A DNA stretch of 64,000 nucleotides, from the NCBI GenBank assembly GCA_910587245.1, contig CAJULX010000010.1:5069-69068 (forward strand). Reading direction: 5' to 3'. Position 1 is the first letter of the stretch, and every line of letters starts with the position of its first letter. Below the pieces are notes generated by a model. That model was not told the DNA's origin, did not search any database, and worked only from the letters and a program-made list of their open reading frames with translations. This DNA comes from Candidatus Gastranaerophilales bacterium (GTDB lineage Bacteria; Cyanobacteriota; Vampirovibrionia; Gastranaerophilales; Gastranaerophilaceae). A program made the translations under genes and the position numbers. Of the stretch, positions 30,441-41,961 are shown one piece after another.

Positions 30441-30484
30441 AAAAACCCGATTTTGTGCTTTTTTGGCTTAAAATCGGGTTTTTG
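30441..30484. terminator. bidirectional intrinsic terminator (end of rpsG and of 29386..30429)
   Basis: AAAAACCCGATTTT-N16-AAAATCGGGTTTTT. Confidence 0.65.
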
Positions 30485-30505
30485 ATATTAATTTGTTTAA
30501 TTTTA

Positions 30506-30976
30506 TTAATATTTATAATGTGCAAAAGCTTTGTTTGCTTCAGCCATTTTGTGGGTGTCTTCGCGTTTTTTAACGGAAGCGCCTGCACCGTTTGAAGCAT
30601 CGAGAATTTCAGAGGTTAATTTATCAACCATTGATTTTCCGCTTCTTTTTCTTGCAGATTCAATTAACCAGCAAGAACCAAGGGCTTGACCTCTATCAGG
30701 TTTTACTTCAACAGGAACCTGATAAGTAGAACCGCCGATTCTTCTTGCCTTTACTTCGATTAAAGGCGTAACGTTTGTTAACGCTTTTTTGAAAACTTCA
30801 ACCGGAGCTTCTTTTGTTTTTTCTTGAATTTTATCCATTGAAGAGTAGAAAATCTTTTGTGCAATTGATTTTTTACCCCTCTTCATTAATCTGTTTATGA
30901 ATTTTGCAATATCTACACTGTTATACATTGGATCCGGCGCCGGAATTCTTTTTGCCGGTTTTGAACGTCTTGACAT
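30506..30976 (-). CDS. rpsG: 30S ribosomal protein S7
   Basis: 156 aa starting MSRRSKPAKRIPAPDPMYNS. Confidence 0.97.
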   Translation of the reverse strand: MSRRSKPAKRIPAPDPMYNSVDIAKFINRLMKRGKKSIAQKIFYSSMDKIQEKTKEAPVEVFKKALTNVTPLIEVKARRIGGSTYQVPVEVKPDRGQALGSCWLIESARKRSGKSMVDKLTSEILDASNGAGASVKKREDTHKMAEANKAFAHYKY

Positions 30977-31055
30977 GTTATTTGTTTACCTTTCTCATTT
31001 TTGTATTGTTAAAGGCAGTGCTTCCCAGCACGGCGCACCGCACTAGCTTGCAACT

Positions 31056-31439
31056 CTACTTTTTGCCGGCTTTTGCTTTTTTAGCGCCGTATTTAGATCT
31101 GCTTTGTGTTCTGTTTGCAACACCCGCAGTATCAAGAGTACCTCTGATAATGTGGTATCTAACACCCGGTAAATCTTTAACCCTTCCGCCTCTAATCATA
31201 ACAACAGAGTGCTCTTGAAGGTTATGTCCGATACCCGGTATGTATGATGTTACTTCAAAACCATTGGTAAGTCTTACCCTTGCAACTTTTCTTAATGCAG
31301 AATTAGGTTTTTTAGGTGTAGTTGTATAAACTCTGGTGCAAACGCCTCTTCTTTGCGGGCAGTTTGTAAGCGCCGGAGATTTAGTTTTATCAACGATTTT
31401 CTTTCTTTCATTTTTAACTAATTGGCTAATTGTTGGCAT
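31056..31439 (-). CDS. rpsL: 30S ribosomal protein S12
   Basis: 127 aa starting [14 protein letters not shown] and containing [10 protein letters not shown]. Confidence 0.97.
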   Translation of the reverse strand: MPTISQLVKNERKKIVDKTKSPALTNCPQRRGVCTRVYTTTPKKPNSALRKVARVRLTNGFEVTSYIPGIGHNLQEHSVVMIRGGRVKDLPGVRYHIIRGTLDTAGVANRTQSRSKYGAKKAKAGKK

Positions 31440-31578
31440 AATATTCCCTTTGTTAATTATTACTGTGTATTGTTATTTGACAATAAACAAAGCTGAATGT
31501 CAAATGATATTTGAAAAAATTAATATTTTTAAAGAAAAAAGTTTGACTAAAACATCTAAGGGGAATATTATAATTGGT

Positions 31579-31935
31579 ATGAAAAGTAAAGATATAGTGA
31601 GAGCTGAAAACTCGCTCCGTGAATACATTTTGGAAGAATACAGCGATGACGCTTTTGAACGTTCCAGAATTAACCTTTATAAATACAAGGGTTTAACCAT
31701 TACTATTTCCTGGAAACCGAATGTTGAACCGAATTTTAATGTGCAAATAATGGCTTTTGAAGCCAGTTTCAGAATAGAAACGGGGCAAAAAATTGAAGGC
31801 GGCTTGCAGGATAACGATGTCAGTATGATTACAAAGTGGGCAAAGCAAAGCCAGAACAGAACTTTGATGATGCGTATCTGGGTAACCGAAGCACGTGAGA
31901 AAAAAGAAATTCGTCTTAAACCTTTTGATATGTAA
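31579..31935 (+). CDS. hypothetical protein (start uncertain)
   Basis: The ORF-track start at 31336 overlaps rpsL on the other strand, so the internal ATG at 31579 after AGGGGA is preferred. The C-terminal part has a vaguely DUF4160-like pattern. Confidence 0.4.
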   Translation: MKSKDIVRAENSLREYILEEYSDDAFERSRINLYKYKGLTITISWKPNVEPNFNVQIMAFEASFRIETGQKIEGGLQDNDVSMITKWAKQSQNRTLMMRIWVTEAREKKEIRLKPFDM

Positions 31936-32034
31936 TAATTTTGTTACAAAAATTTACACTTTGTAACCGATGTTTTCGGACATGAAATTATGTTGATTTT
32001 TTATGAATGCCTATTTTAAAAAATATAAGTTTTT

Positions 32035-33189
<1,155 letters not shown>

Positions 33190-33642
33190 CTATGCCCCCA
33201 TAACGATTTCAAGCATTGTTTTATAGTTATCGCAAATTTCATTATCCGAAAACCACAGCCTCATCTCTCTTTTTGCTGAATCGGGGCAATCTGAGGCATG
33301 GACTGCATTATATTCTTTTACAGTGCAAAAATCAGCCCTGATTGAGCCTACATCCGCTTCATCGGGATTTGTTTTACCTACAATGTGGCGTACACCGAGA
33401 ATTGCGTTTTCACCTTCTAAAATCATGGCAAGCACTGGGCCTGAAGTTATATATTCAATTAAAGAATCATAGAAAGGTTTGCCAAAGTGCTCAGCATAAT
33501 GCTTTGCGGCTAATTCCTTTGAAACATTTGTCATTTTGAGGGCGATAATTTTGTATCCTTTATCTTCAAATCTGGTAAGGATTTTTCCCATTAAACCGCG
33601 CTTTACGGAATCCGGTTTTAAGGCTACAAATGTTCTTTCCAT
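33190..33642 (-). CDS. ndk: nucleoside-diphosphate kinase
   Basis: 150 aa with MERTFVALKPD and the NAVHASD active-site His. Confidence 0.95.
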   Translation of the reverse strand: MERTFVALKPDSVKRGLMGKILTRFEDKGYKIIALKMTNVSKELAAKHYAEHFGKPFYDSLIEYITSGPVLAMILEGENAILGVRHIVGKTNPDEADVGSIRADFCTVKEYNAVHASDCPDSAKREMRLWFSDNEICDNYKTMLEIVMGA

Positions 33643-33823
33643 AATACTTTTCCTTTTTTAGAATCTAATTCCTAAAGCTATTATACTACAAAAGAAAAAG
33701 GGGCTGTTTAAAATTAAGTAAATTTTTTGTGTCATTTTCTTAATGTTTTATTTATTTTTTAATTAATTTTTCATATCATAAAATAAAGAACTTTTATGAA
33801 CTTGGGGAAGTTTAGAATTTACA

Positions 33824-34279
33824 ATGTATTCTCTTGATAACAGACAAAGATTATACGGAAAAAATTTTTCAAACGGAGCTGACGGGTTTGAAAACATAAG
33901 CTTGCAGAGTCTTTTTAGAAAAAGCAGGGTGTCTGCAAGGCAAAAAGAAGTTGCAAATAATTATATGGTGATTAAGAAAATTTTCGGATTTTCTGCCGTT
34001 AATTCAAGAATAACAAATTCAGAAACCTCGCTTTTGAGGCAATATGGCATGAAACTTCTTGAGGAAACAACATCACGTGCCATGTTTAATGAACTTGAAA
34101 GTCTTATTGAATGGTCAAAAACGGGTGATGTTGTAAAGAGAATGCATTCCGATACGATTTTTGAAATCAGGGTAAAAGAGTTAAAATTTTTACAGGCAAA
34201 TAATTCGCTTATAAGGCTGGGTGAACTTTATGACGGCTATAATGTTCTGGAAAAATATATAGAATATATTGCGGGATAA
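33824..34279 (+). CDS. hypothetical protein
   Basis: 151-aa ORF with no recognisable motif. Confidence 0.4.
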   Translation: MYSLDNRQRLYGKNFSNGADGFENISLQSLFRKSRVSARQKEVANNYMVIKKIFGFSAVNSRITNSETSLLRQYGMKLLEETTSRAMFNELESLIEWSKTGDVVKRMHSDTIFEIRVKELKFLQANNSLIRLGELYDGYNVLEKYIEYIAG

Positions 34280-34289
34280 TTTTTAACAA

Positions 34290-34318
34290 AAAAGCAGTCA
34301 TTAATATGACTGCAAATT
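34290..34318. terminator. bidirectional hairpin between convergent genes
   Basis: GCAGTCAT-TAAT-ATGACTGC with flanking A/T runs. Confidence 0.5.
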
Positions 34319-34336
34319 TGTATTAAAATTTTAAAT

Positions 34337-34723
34337 TTATTTTGAAGTTTTTTGAATTTTTTTATAGGTATATTCTTTTCCTGATTGGTTTTTGAGGGTC
34401 AGCTCATCGTTTTTAAGAGTGTATTCCATCTCGCCGCCAAAGTTTTTAAAATATTCATCTTCAGCCTGCATATCTTCAGGTGAGCCTGCCATTTTGGTAG
34501 ATGCTATATAAGAGAATGTCACGGTTTTATCCGTTGATTTATATGTGCCAAAATATCTGTTTAGTGCCTGTCCGTAGTATCCGCCCTTATTATTGAAACC
34601 AAGAGTAATATTTAACGGGCTTTTCGGGCTAATCAGCTGATATTCGTTTCCTGCAGCCTGGTTTATAAAATTGCAGGATGCAAGGGATAGAAATGCAAAA
34701 ATTCCGCAAAAAAATGTATTCAT
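34337..34723 (-). CDS. META/HslJ-like domain lipoprotein
   Basis: 128 aa with a lipobox-like LASC. NRYFGTY...ASTKMAG...DELTL matches the META domain pattern. Confidence 0.6.
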   Translation of the reverse strand: MNTFFCGIFAFLSLASCNFINQAAGNEYQLISPKSPLNITLGFNNKGGYYGQALNRYFGTYKSTDKTVTFSYIASTKMAGSPEDMQAEDEYFKNFGGEMEYTLKNDELTLKNQSGKEYTYKKIQKTSK

Positions 34724-34739
34724 AAAAAATCCTCCTTTA

Positions 34740-35837
34740 TTAATTATTAAATCTAAAAAGCATTATATCGCCGTCTTGAACAATATATTCTTTTCCTTCA
34801 AGTCTTGCCGTACCTTTTTCGCGCGCTCCGGCCCAGCTTCCTGCGGCAATAAAATCACTATATGATACAACTTCCGCTTTAATGAAACCTTTTTCAAAAT
34901 CCGTATGGATAACACCCGCTGCCTGAGGTGCTTTTGTACCTTTTGTAATGGTCCATGCTCTTACTTCTTTTTCACCCGCTGTAATATAGGTTTGAAGGTT
35001 TAAGATATCGTATGCGGATTTTATCATTTTTTCGATACCTGAATTTTCAACGCCGAGTTCTTTCAGGTAATTTTCCGCTTCCTCTTTTCCTAAAGAGACA
35101 AGCTCTGCCTCAATTTGAGCACAAATCATAACAACATCCGCACCGCTTTTATTTGCATATTCTTTTACGCGCTCAACGTATTCATTGCCTGTCGCAAGCT
35201 CGTTTTCGGAAACATTGGCACAATATATAACGGGTTTTGTCATCAAGAGATGAAAATGATGAAGCATTTTTAATTCTTCTTCATTGAAAATTTCTTTAAT
35301 ATTTATAAAATTTCCCTGCTCGAGATAGGGCATAAGTCTTTCTATTATTGAATTTTCAAGAACTGCTTCTTTGTCGCCCGCTTTTACCTGCTTTGCAATG
35401 CGTTTTAAGCGGTTTTCAAGGCTTGTGATATCTGCAAGAGCAAGCTCTGTATTAATTGTCTCAATATCATCAATCGGGTCGATTTTGCCGTTTACATGGA
35501 TTGTATTCGGGTCGTCAAAACATCTTACCACCTGAATTATAGCGTCAACCTCTCTTATATTGTGCAAAAATTGATTTCCTAAGCCTTCGCCTTTGCTTGC
35601 ACCTTTTACAAGGCCTGCAATATCTACAAATTCAATAGCGGTAGGGATTACCGTATCTGTTTTTACTAAATCTTTCAGAGTGTAAAGCCTTTCGTCGGGT
35701 ACGGTTACTACCCCTACATTGGGTTCTATTGTGCAGAACGGGTAATTTGCACTCTGTGCATTAGCTGAAAGCGTTAATGCATTAAAAAGTGTTGATTTAC
35801 CTACGTTTGGAAGTCCTACTATTCCACATTTAAGCAT
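34740..35837 (-). CDS. ychF: redox-regulated ATPase YchF
   Basis: 365 aa with GIVGLPNVGKST, DIAGLVKGAS and a C-terminal TGS-like domain. Confidence 0.95.
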   Translation of the reverse strand: MLKCGIVGLPNVGKSTLFNALTLSANAQSANYPFCTIEPNVGVVTVPDERLYTLKDLVKTDTVIPTAIEFVDIAGLVKGASKGEGLGNQFLHNIREVDAIIQVVRCFDDPNTIHVNGKIDPIDDIETINTELALADITSLENRLKRIAKQVKAGDKEAVLENSIIERLMPYLEQGNFINIKEIFNEEELKMLHHFHLLMTKPVIYCANVSENELATGNEYVERVKEYANKSGADVVMICAQIEAELVSLGKEEAENYLKELGVENSGIEKMIKSAYDILNLQTYITAGEKEVRAWTITKGTKAPQAAGVIHTDFEKGFIKAEVVSYSDFIAAGSWAGAREKGTARLEGKEYIVQDGDIMLFRFNN

Positions 35838-35858
35838 TTTATTATCCTTTTTTAATTT

Positions 35859-36338
35859 TTATAAATCCGTTGTGCAATACGGGCACTTTGTTGCATTGAT
35901 ATTTATTGAAGAACAGCATTTGGGGCAGGTTTTGGTATCTGCAACCACTTCTGCCTGTTCTTTCTTTTCAACCGCCGCTCTTAATTTATTTATAAACTTT
36001 ATAAGTAAAAATACGGCAAATGCTACAAAAATAAAACTTATAAGCGTATTTATAAACAGCCCGTAATTAATTGTAACGGCACCCGCTGATTGTGCGGCTT
36101 CTAATGACGGATATTTAACAATTTTGCCGTCATAATCGGGGAGTGTCAGATAGAGGTTCGTAAAATCGACTCTGCCCATAATCCAGCCCATAGGCGGCAT
36201 TATGATATCTTTTACCATTGAATCCACAATCTTACCGAAGGCGGCACCTATAATAATACCTACTGCCATATCGATAACATTGCCTTTGATTGCAAAGGTT
36301 TTAAATTCGTCTGTCCACTTTTTAACTTTATTTAACAT
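35859..36338 (-). CDS. mscL: large-conductance mechanosensitive channel with C-terminal zinc-ribbon tail
   Basis: 159 aa. It has the MscL core FKTFAIKGNVIDMAVGIIIGAAFGKIV and an extra CPKCC...CPYC tail. Confidence 0.85.
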   Translation of the reverse strand: MLNKVKKWTDEFKTFAIKGNVIDMAVGIIIGAAFGKIVDSMVKDIIMPPMGWIMGRVDFTNLYLTLPDYDGKIVKYPSLEAAQSAGAVTINYGLFINTLISFIFVAFAVFLLIKFINKLRAAVEKKEQAEVVADTKTCPKCCSSININATKCPYCTTDL

Positions 36339-36453
36339 AAAATCTCCGGTTTTTTAAACGGTACGCAGATAATTCTATCATAAAAACGGCAAATTTTTTT
36401 CTTCACGGTTTTTGTGATATACAGCTTTAAATTATAGCGTATCGGAAAATATT

Positions 36454-37347
36454 ATGAATATTGCAAATATAACCGCTTTTGGTTTAAACGGAATATGGCG
36501 GAATTTAAAAACAAATAATGAGATTACGGCTTTCAAAGGAATTGGAGGCACAAAGGAAGATGAATTTTCGTACAGCAATAAAAGAGATGTGCAAAATCTT
36601 ATAACGGGTGACAGGGCAAGAGTTTATCAGGCGGATAGTAAAGTTATAGATTCTTATAAAGAACTTTGCCGTTTGGATGATATGGATAATGTTATTATAA
36701 CTCTCGGGCAAAATAAAGCGTTTTGTCTTGGTGACCAGCCTGCCGCACGCGCTCTTCGAGGCAGAACCCCTGCAGATTTAATCATGAGCAATACTTATAG
36801 GGATGCTGATGTAATATTGCCTCCCGGACCTGAAACCTTTCTAAGATTTTCAAATTCAGGCGGCAAAATTTCGGTTAAAAATTTCATGCCTGATGCCGAA
36901 ACCGTGGGGCTTGCATATAAGGTGCATCTAAATCCTGACGAACACCTGGATGATACTGAAATTATATTTACACCTTTAGATAGAACGCGGAAATATTTTT
37001 CAAATATTGATGCTATGCCACAAAACAAGAGAATTTGTCTGGGGCATGCCAATAAGCTTTTTCTTTCACCAAAGATTATAATCTTGCCTTCTGAAGACGG
37101 GTGCAGCTCTTTTTTGGTTCATGAGCAAAAAAGAATAAAAAATCTTAATGAAGGAGAAAAAATTGTTATCGGGCGAAAGACCCGCGATGATGTAAAAACT
37201 TTAAGACAGGATAAATTATTTACCGACCTTCGCAACAGCAAACTTATTTCAAGAGAACATCTGCTTGTTGAAAATCTTGGCGGTAAGATTTATGTGACAA
37301 ATAAGGGCAAATTTGAAACTTATATCGCAGATACTACGTTTGCTTAA
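36454..37347 (+). CDS. hypothetical protein with FHA-like C-terminus
   Basis: 297 aa. IVIGRK...ISREHLLV...IYVTN resembles the FHA G-R...S-x-x-H...N core. Confidence 0.45.
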   Translation: MNIANITAFGLNGIWRNLKTNNEITAFKGIGGTKEDEFSYSNKRDVQNLITGDRARVYQADSKVIDSYKELCRLDDMDNVIITLGQNKAFCLGDQPAARALRGRTPADLIMSNTYRDADVILPPGPETFLRFSNSGGKISVKNFMPDAETVGLAYKVHLNPDEHLDDTEIIFTPLDRTRKYFSNIDAMPQNKRICLGHANKLFLSPKIIILPSEDGCSSFLVHEQKRIKNLNEGEKIVIGRKTRDDVKTLRQDKLFTDLRNSKLISREHLLVENLGGKIYVTNKGKFETYIADTTFA

Positions 37348-37389
37348 ATGATTTTTTATAATAATACACGAATGAATTAAGAGGAAAAT

Positions 37390-37890
37390 ATGAATACAGG
37401 GAAAATCTCATACATACCTTTTAAAGGTGCTTATATGGTATCAGGAAGAGGCGGCGAGGTTAAAAAAGCTGAGGAAAAAATAAGAACCGAAGCGGGTTGC
37501 ATGGCAAATGTAGACATACTGGGAAACGGATACAGCGCCGTTGATATGCCGGCATGTTTTCTTGTTACAACGGGAAATGATGCTTTAGCTTATAATAAAT
37601 TTGTACTTAAACAGCAAAAATATTATGATTTAACGGCATCAAAAATGCCCGAAGAACGTACAATTGATGATTTTAAAAGCAAAAGAGAATTTCTTGCATA
37701 CAAAATTGAGCGCGAAATGGATACCTGGATTAAGACGGTGAGAGAGAAATGCAATTTTAATCAGGTGCCGGATGTGCTTGATGCGGAACTTGTTTTGGAA
37801 GCGATTGATTCGGGCTGTTTTGATTATACTGACGGTAAATTTGTTGTGCAGGAAGCAAAAAATAATAATCAAAGATTCTTTCTAATATAA
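37390..37890 (+). CDS. hypothetical protein
   Basis: 166-aa ORF after a GAGGAA RBS. No domain was recognised. Confidence 0.4.
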   Translation: MNTGKISYIPFKGAYMVSGRGGEVKKAEEKIRTEAGCMANVDILGNGYSAVDMPACFLVTTGNDALAYNKFVLKQQKYYDLTASKMPEERTIDDFKSKREFLAYKIEREMDTWIKTVREKCNFNQVPDVLDAELVLEAIDSGCFDYTDGKFVVQEAKNNNQRFFLI

Positions 37891-37925
37891 AAAGACCCCC
37901 TGAATAAACAGGAGGTCTTTTAAAT
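37891..37925. terminator. bidirectional intrinsic terminator
   Basis: AAGACCCCCTG-N6-CAGGAGGTCTT followed by TTT. It lies between convergent genes. Confidence 0.55.
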
Positions 37926-37939
37926 TTTTGTATAACTTT

Positions 37940-39622
37940 TTATACGTTAACGGGTTTTTTAGATTCCAGCTGGAGTGTTACGGTTGTGATATCGCAAACT
38001 TCCGCAGGACCGAAGTATTGAATAGCGCCCGGGAATACATAGCAATCAGTTTTTGCCCATTTTTCGCGGTTTGCTTCAAATTCTTTAAATACAGGGCCGT
38101 TAAGCTCTACAAGGGCTTTTTGAATAACAGGCTTCATTTTACCGTGGCGTTTTTCCATATTCATCATCATGGTTAGCGGTACACCGCCTGCAAGCCATTC
38201 TGCGGCGGGTTTTGTTAAGTTTTTAACGCTTGACAGATAGCCTGTTAATCCTGCTGAAATTAAGGCAAAAGCGTTATAGCCTAATGAATAGCAGTAATCT
38301 GCATCAAAATTAGAAGGCATAGCACATCTTCCTTCGTAGCCGAAGAAATGAGCTTGATCTGAGAATTTGCCTGTATATTTGCCGTTAGCTTTCATTTGAG
38401 CTAATTTTACCCTTACCATTTCAATTAAAAGCTTTTCGGTTTCGATTTTTGAAACCTGAACGTTGCCGTGGGGGTCTCTATCCATTAATAACTGAGCTTT
38501 AATCATATCGGGAAGGCTCTGGAATACTTTAGCATTATCTGAGCTTAATTTTGATGCGATAATTTGATATTTATCAACATTTGCAGCATTTGCAAAGGTT
38601 TCATCTTTTTCTAAAACCGCAAGAAGGTCATTTAAATTTGCAATCATGGTTTTCATTTCGGGGATGAATTCAATCAAGCCTTCGGGGATTAAAGCAACGC
38701 CGAAATTTTTACCTGCATTGCCGCGCTCTGCCACAATATTTGCAATGTAATCAACAATGCTTTCCAATGATTGTTTTTTAGCTTCAACTTCTTCTGATAT
38801 TAAACAGATATTAGGCTGAGTTTGAAGAGCAACTTCCAAGCCTACATGAGTTGCTGAGCGACCCATTAATTTTACAAAGTGCCAGTATTTTTTAGCGGAA
38901 TTAGCGTCTCTTTGAATGTTTCCGATTAATTCCGCATATGTTTTTGTAGCTGTATCAAAGCCGAATGAAATTTCAATCTGGTCGTTTTTAAGGTCGCCGT
39001 CAATTGTTTTGGGGCAGCCTATAACTTGAATGCCTGTGTTTTTAGCTTTCAGCCATTCAGCGAGCATGCAGGCATTTGTATTTGAATCATCTCCGCCGAT
39101 TATAACAATAGCATTGATATTCAAGGCTTTGCAGTTTGCTAAAGTTTTTTCGAACTGTTCTTCTGTTTCAAGTTTTGTCCTGCCTGAACCTATGATATCA
39201 AAACCGCCTGTATTTCTGTATTTATTAATGAATTCATCATCAAATTTAACATATTGTGCGTCAACTATGCCTGAAGGACCTCCAAGGAAACCGTAAAGTT
39301 CATTTTTGGGGTTTGCGGCTTTAAGAGCATCATAAAGCCCTGCTATAACATTGTGTCCGCCGGGAGCCTGCCCGCCTGATAAGATAACGCCGACATTTTT
39401 AACATCAAGATTTAAAGGAGAACCGTTTGATGTATCAAATGTAACAATTGGTTCACCATAAACATGTGAAAATAAATTTTGAATATCGGCAGCATCTTTA
39501 ACTGCGCTTGTTGCAGCACCTTTGGATATTTTAATGTTCTGTATCCCTGATTTTAAGGCTCCTGCCAATTTCGGTTTATAACCGAGTCTTTCCTTGTGCA
39601 GCGGTGATAAATCTCTCATCAA
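37940..39622 (-). CDS. pfp: diphosphate--fructose-6-phosphate 1-phosphotransferase (PPi-PFK, long form)
   Basis: 560 aa with the PFK-family motifs [25 protein letters not shown] and MGR. Confidence 0.9.
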   Translation of the reverse strand: MMRDLSPLHKERLGYKPKLAGALKSGIQNIKISKGAATSAVKDAADIQNLFSHVYGEPIVTFDTSNGSPLNLDVKNVGVILSGGQAPGGHNVIAGLYDALKAANPKNELYGFLGGPSGIVDAQYVKFDDEFINKYRNTGGFDIIGSGRTKLETEEQFEKTLANCKALNINAIVIIGGDDSNTNACMLAEWLKAKNTGIQVIGCPKTIDGDLKNDQIEISFGFDTATKTYAELIGNIQRDANSAKKYWHFVKLMGRSATHVGLEVALQTQPNICLISEEVEAKKQSLESIVDYIANIVAERGNAGKNFGVALIPEGLIEFIPEMKTMIANLNDLLAVLEKDETFANAANVDKYQIIASKLSSDNAKVFQSLPDMIKAQLLMDRDPHGNVQVSKIETEKLLIEMVRVKLAQMKANGKYTGKFSDQAHFFGYEGRCAMPSNFDADYCYSLGYNAFALISAGLTGYLSSVKNLTKPAAEWLAGGVPLTMMMNMEKRHGKMKPVIQKALVELNGPVFKEFEANREKWAKTDCYVFPGAIQYFGPAEVCDITTVTLQLESKKPVNV

Positions 39623-39725
39623 TAAATCTCCTTTAAATATTTCATGACAATATTTTAATACAAAAATTTCTTGCTTGACAGATTTTTTTGAACAGATATT
39701 ATAATTAATGTGAAATGAATATTTC

Positions 39726-39800
39726 GCGGGAGTAATTCAGTGGTAGAATGCTTCCTTGCCAAGGAAGATGTCGCGAGTTCGAGCCTCGTCTCCCGCTCCA
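39726..39800 (+). tRNA. tRNA-Gly (GCC), CCA encoded
   Basis: Acceptor GCGGGAG/CTCCCGC, anticodon loop TTGCCAA, T-loop TTCGAGC and a terminal TCCA. A TTGACA/TATAAT promoter lies upstream. Confidence 0.92.
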
Positions 39801-39854
39801 TTTAAAAAGATTTTAAAACCTCTTAAATGAGGTTTTTCTGCTATTAAGGGGTTT

Positions 39855-40991
39855 ATGAATATCAGATATTTTTTAGGGCAGATTAAAAAACAGGTAATAA
39901 AGTTATGGTTAAATGTACTTTATTCAGTTAAATTTTTTTTCAATAAGCCAAAAAATAGTACCGTTCTTTTGATTGAAGCAAATAACAGCCATACGGAGCT
40001 TTTGCCTTCTTATGTTAAATATTTAAAAGATTTAAACTTTAATGTTGAAATAATTGCAAATTTCAGGCAGAAAGGAATTTTGCCTCCGCTTGGCGCTGAT
40101 AAAATTTATTATTTTAATATCCCCGCCATGGGGAATATTTTGAAGCTTAAAAAGATACAAAAATATACATTTTTACTTTTTGCATCTTACAGATTGTATT
40201 ACCCGAAACCCGACAGGAGTGAACTTCAATCAACAATTTTTGAGCATTTTAATATTAAATATCCGCCAAAATATAAAGAAAAAACGGGAATACTGTATAC
40301 GCTTCACCATACGGAAGATTATGATAATAAAAACAAAAACGGTGCCATCGTTTTAGCGAAAAATTTAAAAACCAAAGATGATTTATATATGTTAAATCCT
40401 TGCTATTTTAAGGATAATAAGCCGAAAAATAAAAATCCAAAAATAATATTTGCCGTAACGGGAAGACTTGATAATTTAAGGAAAAATTCAAATCTTCTTT
40501 TTGATGCTGTAAATGGTCTTTTAACAGACGGGGTTGAAAATTTTGAAATAAAAATAATCGGGGATAATAAATCCGATTGTGTTCCCGAAAATTTAAGGGA
40601 ATTTATAAAGATTAAGGGCAGGTTGAGTTTTGAAGATTTATATAAAGAGCTTGAAACTTCCGATTTTTATCTTCCGCTGCTTGATCCTGATTTAGAGGAG
40701 CACAGAAGATATATAACAACGGGCACATCGGGTTCTTTTCAGCTGATAAGAGGCTTTTTACTTCCGCCCGTAATTAATGAGATTTTTGCAAATGCGCATA
40801 TGTTTGATAAAAATAATTCAATAATTTATAAAGCAAATAAAGATTTTTCGCTTGCATTGAAAACCGCACTGAATACAGACGATGAAAATTATCTTAAAAT
40901 GCAGGAAAATCTTTTATTTCAAAGAAACAAAATAATGCTTGAATCTTTAAATGATTTGAAAAAAGCTTTAGATAATCTTATCGGGGTTTAG
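39855..40991 (+). CDS. hypothetical protein, possible GT-B glycosyltransferase
   Basis: 378 aa. The evidence is its location in a glycan cluster and the C-terminal IKGRLSFEDLYKELETSDFYLPLL, which resembles a GT1/GT4 pattern. Weak. Confidence 0.4.
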   Translation: MNIRYFLGQIKKQVIKLWLNVLYSVKFFFNKPKNSTVLLIEANNSHTELLPSYVKYLKDLNFNVEIIANFRQKGILPPLGADKIYYFNIPAMGNILKLKKIQKYTFLLFASYRLYYPKPDRSELQSTIFEHFNIKYPPKYKEKTGILYTLHHTEDYDNKNKNGAIVLAKNLKTKDDLYMLNPCYFKDNKPKNKNPKIIFAVTGRLDNLRKNSNLLFDAVNGLLTDGVENFEIKIIGDNKSDCVPENLREFIKIKGRLSFEDLYKELETSDFYLPLLDPDLEEHRRYITTGTSGSFQLIRGFLLPPVINEIFANAHMFDKNNSIIYKANKDFSLALKTALNTDDENYLKMQENLLFQRNKIMLESLNDLKKALDNLIGV

Positions 40992-41951
40992 GATATTAAA
41001 AAATCTTCTTTCAAAATCATCAATAAATAAGCTGTTGTTTATAATATCTTCATCCAATGCCGAGATTATTTTTTCTGCACGAAGCTGAATTTCGTAAGGC
41101 ATGTTTTTTATATCAAGGGAATTTTCGCTATCAAGCGCTTCAAATACTATACTTGTTATCTTTAATATTCTTTTGTACACATTTGCAATAATATTTTTAT
41201 CTTTAATTTTTTGTTTTATTAAAATTTGCAGCACTTCTTCAATTCTATCAAACGGGAAAATGTATTCTTTAGGGTCTTGAAATTCAAGCCGAACACTTTT
41301 GTGATAGTAGTACGGAATATCAGTGTAGACGATTTTCCCTGCCGTTAACATTGTTTCAATATAAAACGGCATATCAATAAAAGAATCTACACGGGAATTA
41401 TATCCTCTTGTTTCAACAAACCTTATGCTGTTATTATTCAGGAATGATTTTTTATATAATGAGGCAAAAACCCCGGGGTGAAAACTTAAAAATGAAGGAC
41501 ATTCGTTTATTCTGAAAAACCAGTTTGGAATTTTGCAGTATTTGCTCCATTCTGTTCTGCTTTGATTTTTTTTGTCACTATTGTTTGAAAATTTATAATA
41601 AGGTGATTTTATAATATCTGCCTCGGATTTTTTTGCAAGTTTATAAAGATTTTCAAACATTTTTTTGTTCATAAAATCGCAAGGCTCAATGATTGATATA
41701 TATTCGCCTTCCGCTGCGTTTATTCCCGTATTGCAGGCATGTCCTTTGCCTTCGTTTATTTTATTTATAATCCTTATCCTTGAATCTTTTTTTGAAAACT
41801 TTTCTAAAATTTCAAGAGAGTTATCCGATGATGCACTATCGGTACAGATTAATTCAAAATCTTTAAAAGTTTGTTCATTTATGCTTTTTAAACATTCATT
41901 CAAGTTTTTGCCCGCATTATATACAGGCAGGATTATGCTGATTTTTTTCAT
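40968..41951 (-). CDS. family 2 glycosyltransferase
   Basis: 327 aa with ISIILPVYNA, CTDSASSDNS and IEPCD (DxD-like). Confidence 0.85.
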   Translation of the reverse strand: MKKISIILPVYNAGKNLNECLKSINEQTFKDFELICTDSASSDNSLEILEKFSKKDSRIRIINKINEGKGHACNTGINAAEGEYISIIEPCDFMNKKMFENLYKLAKKSEADIIKSPYYKFSNNSDKKNQSRTEWSKYCKIPNWFFRINECPSFLSFHPGVFASLYKKSFLNNNSIRFVETRGYNSRVDSFIDMPFYIETMLTAGKIVYTDIPYYYHKSVRLEFQDPKEYIFPFDRIEEVLQILIKQKIKDKNIIANVYKRILKITSIVFEALDSENSLDIKNMPYEIQLRAEKIISALDEDIINNSLFIDDFERRFFNILNPDKII

Positions 41952-41961
41952 TTTTTTCCTT

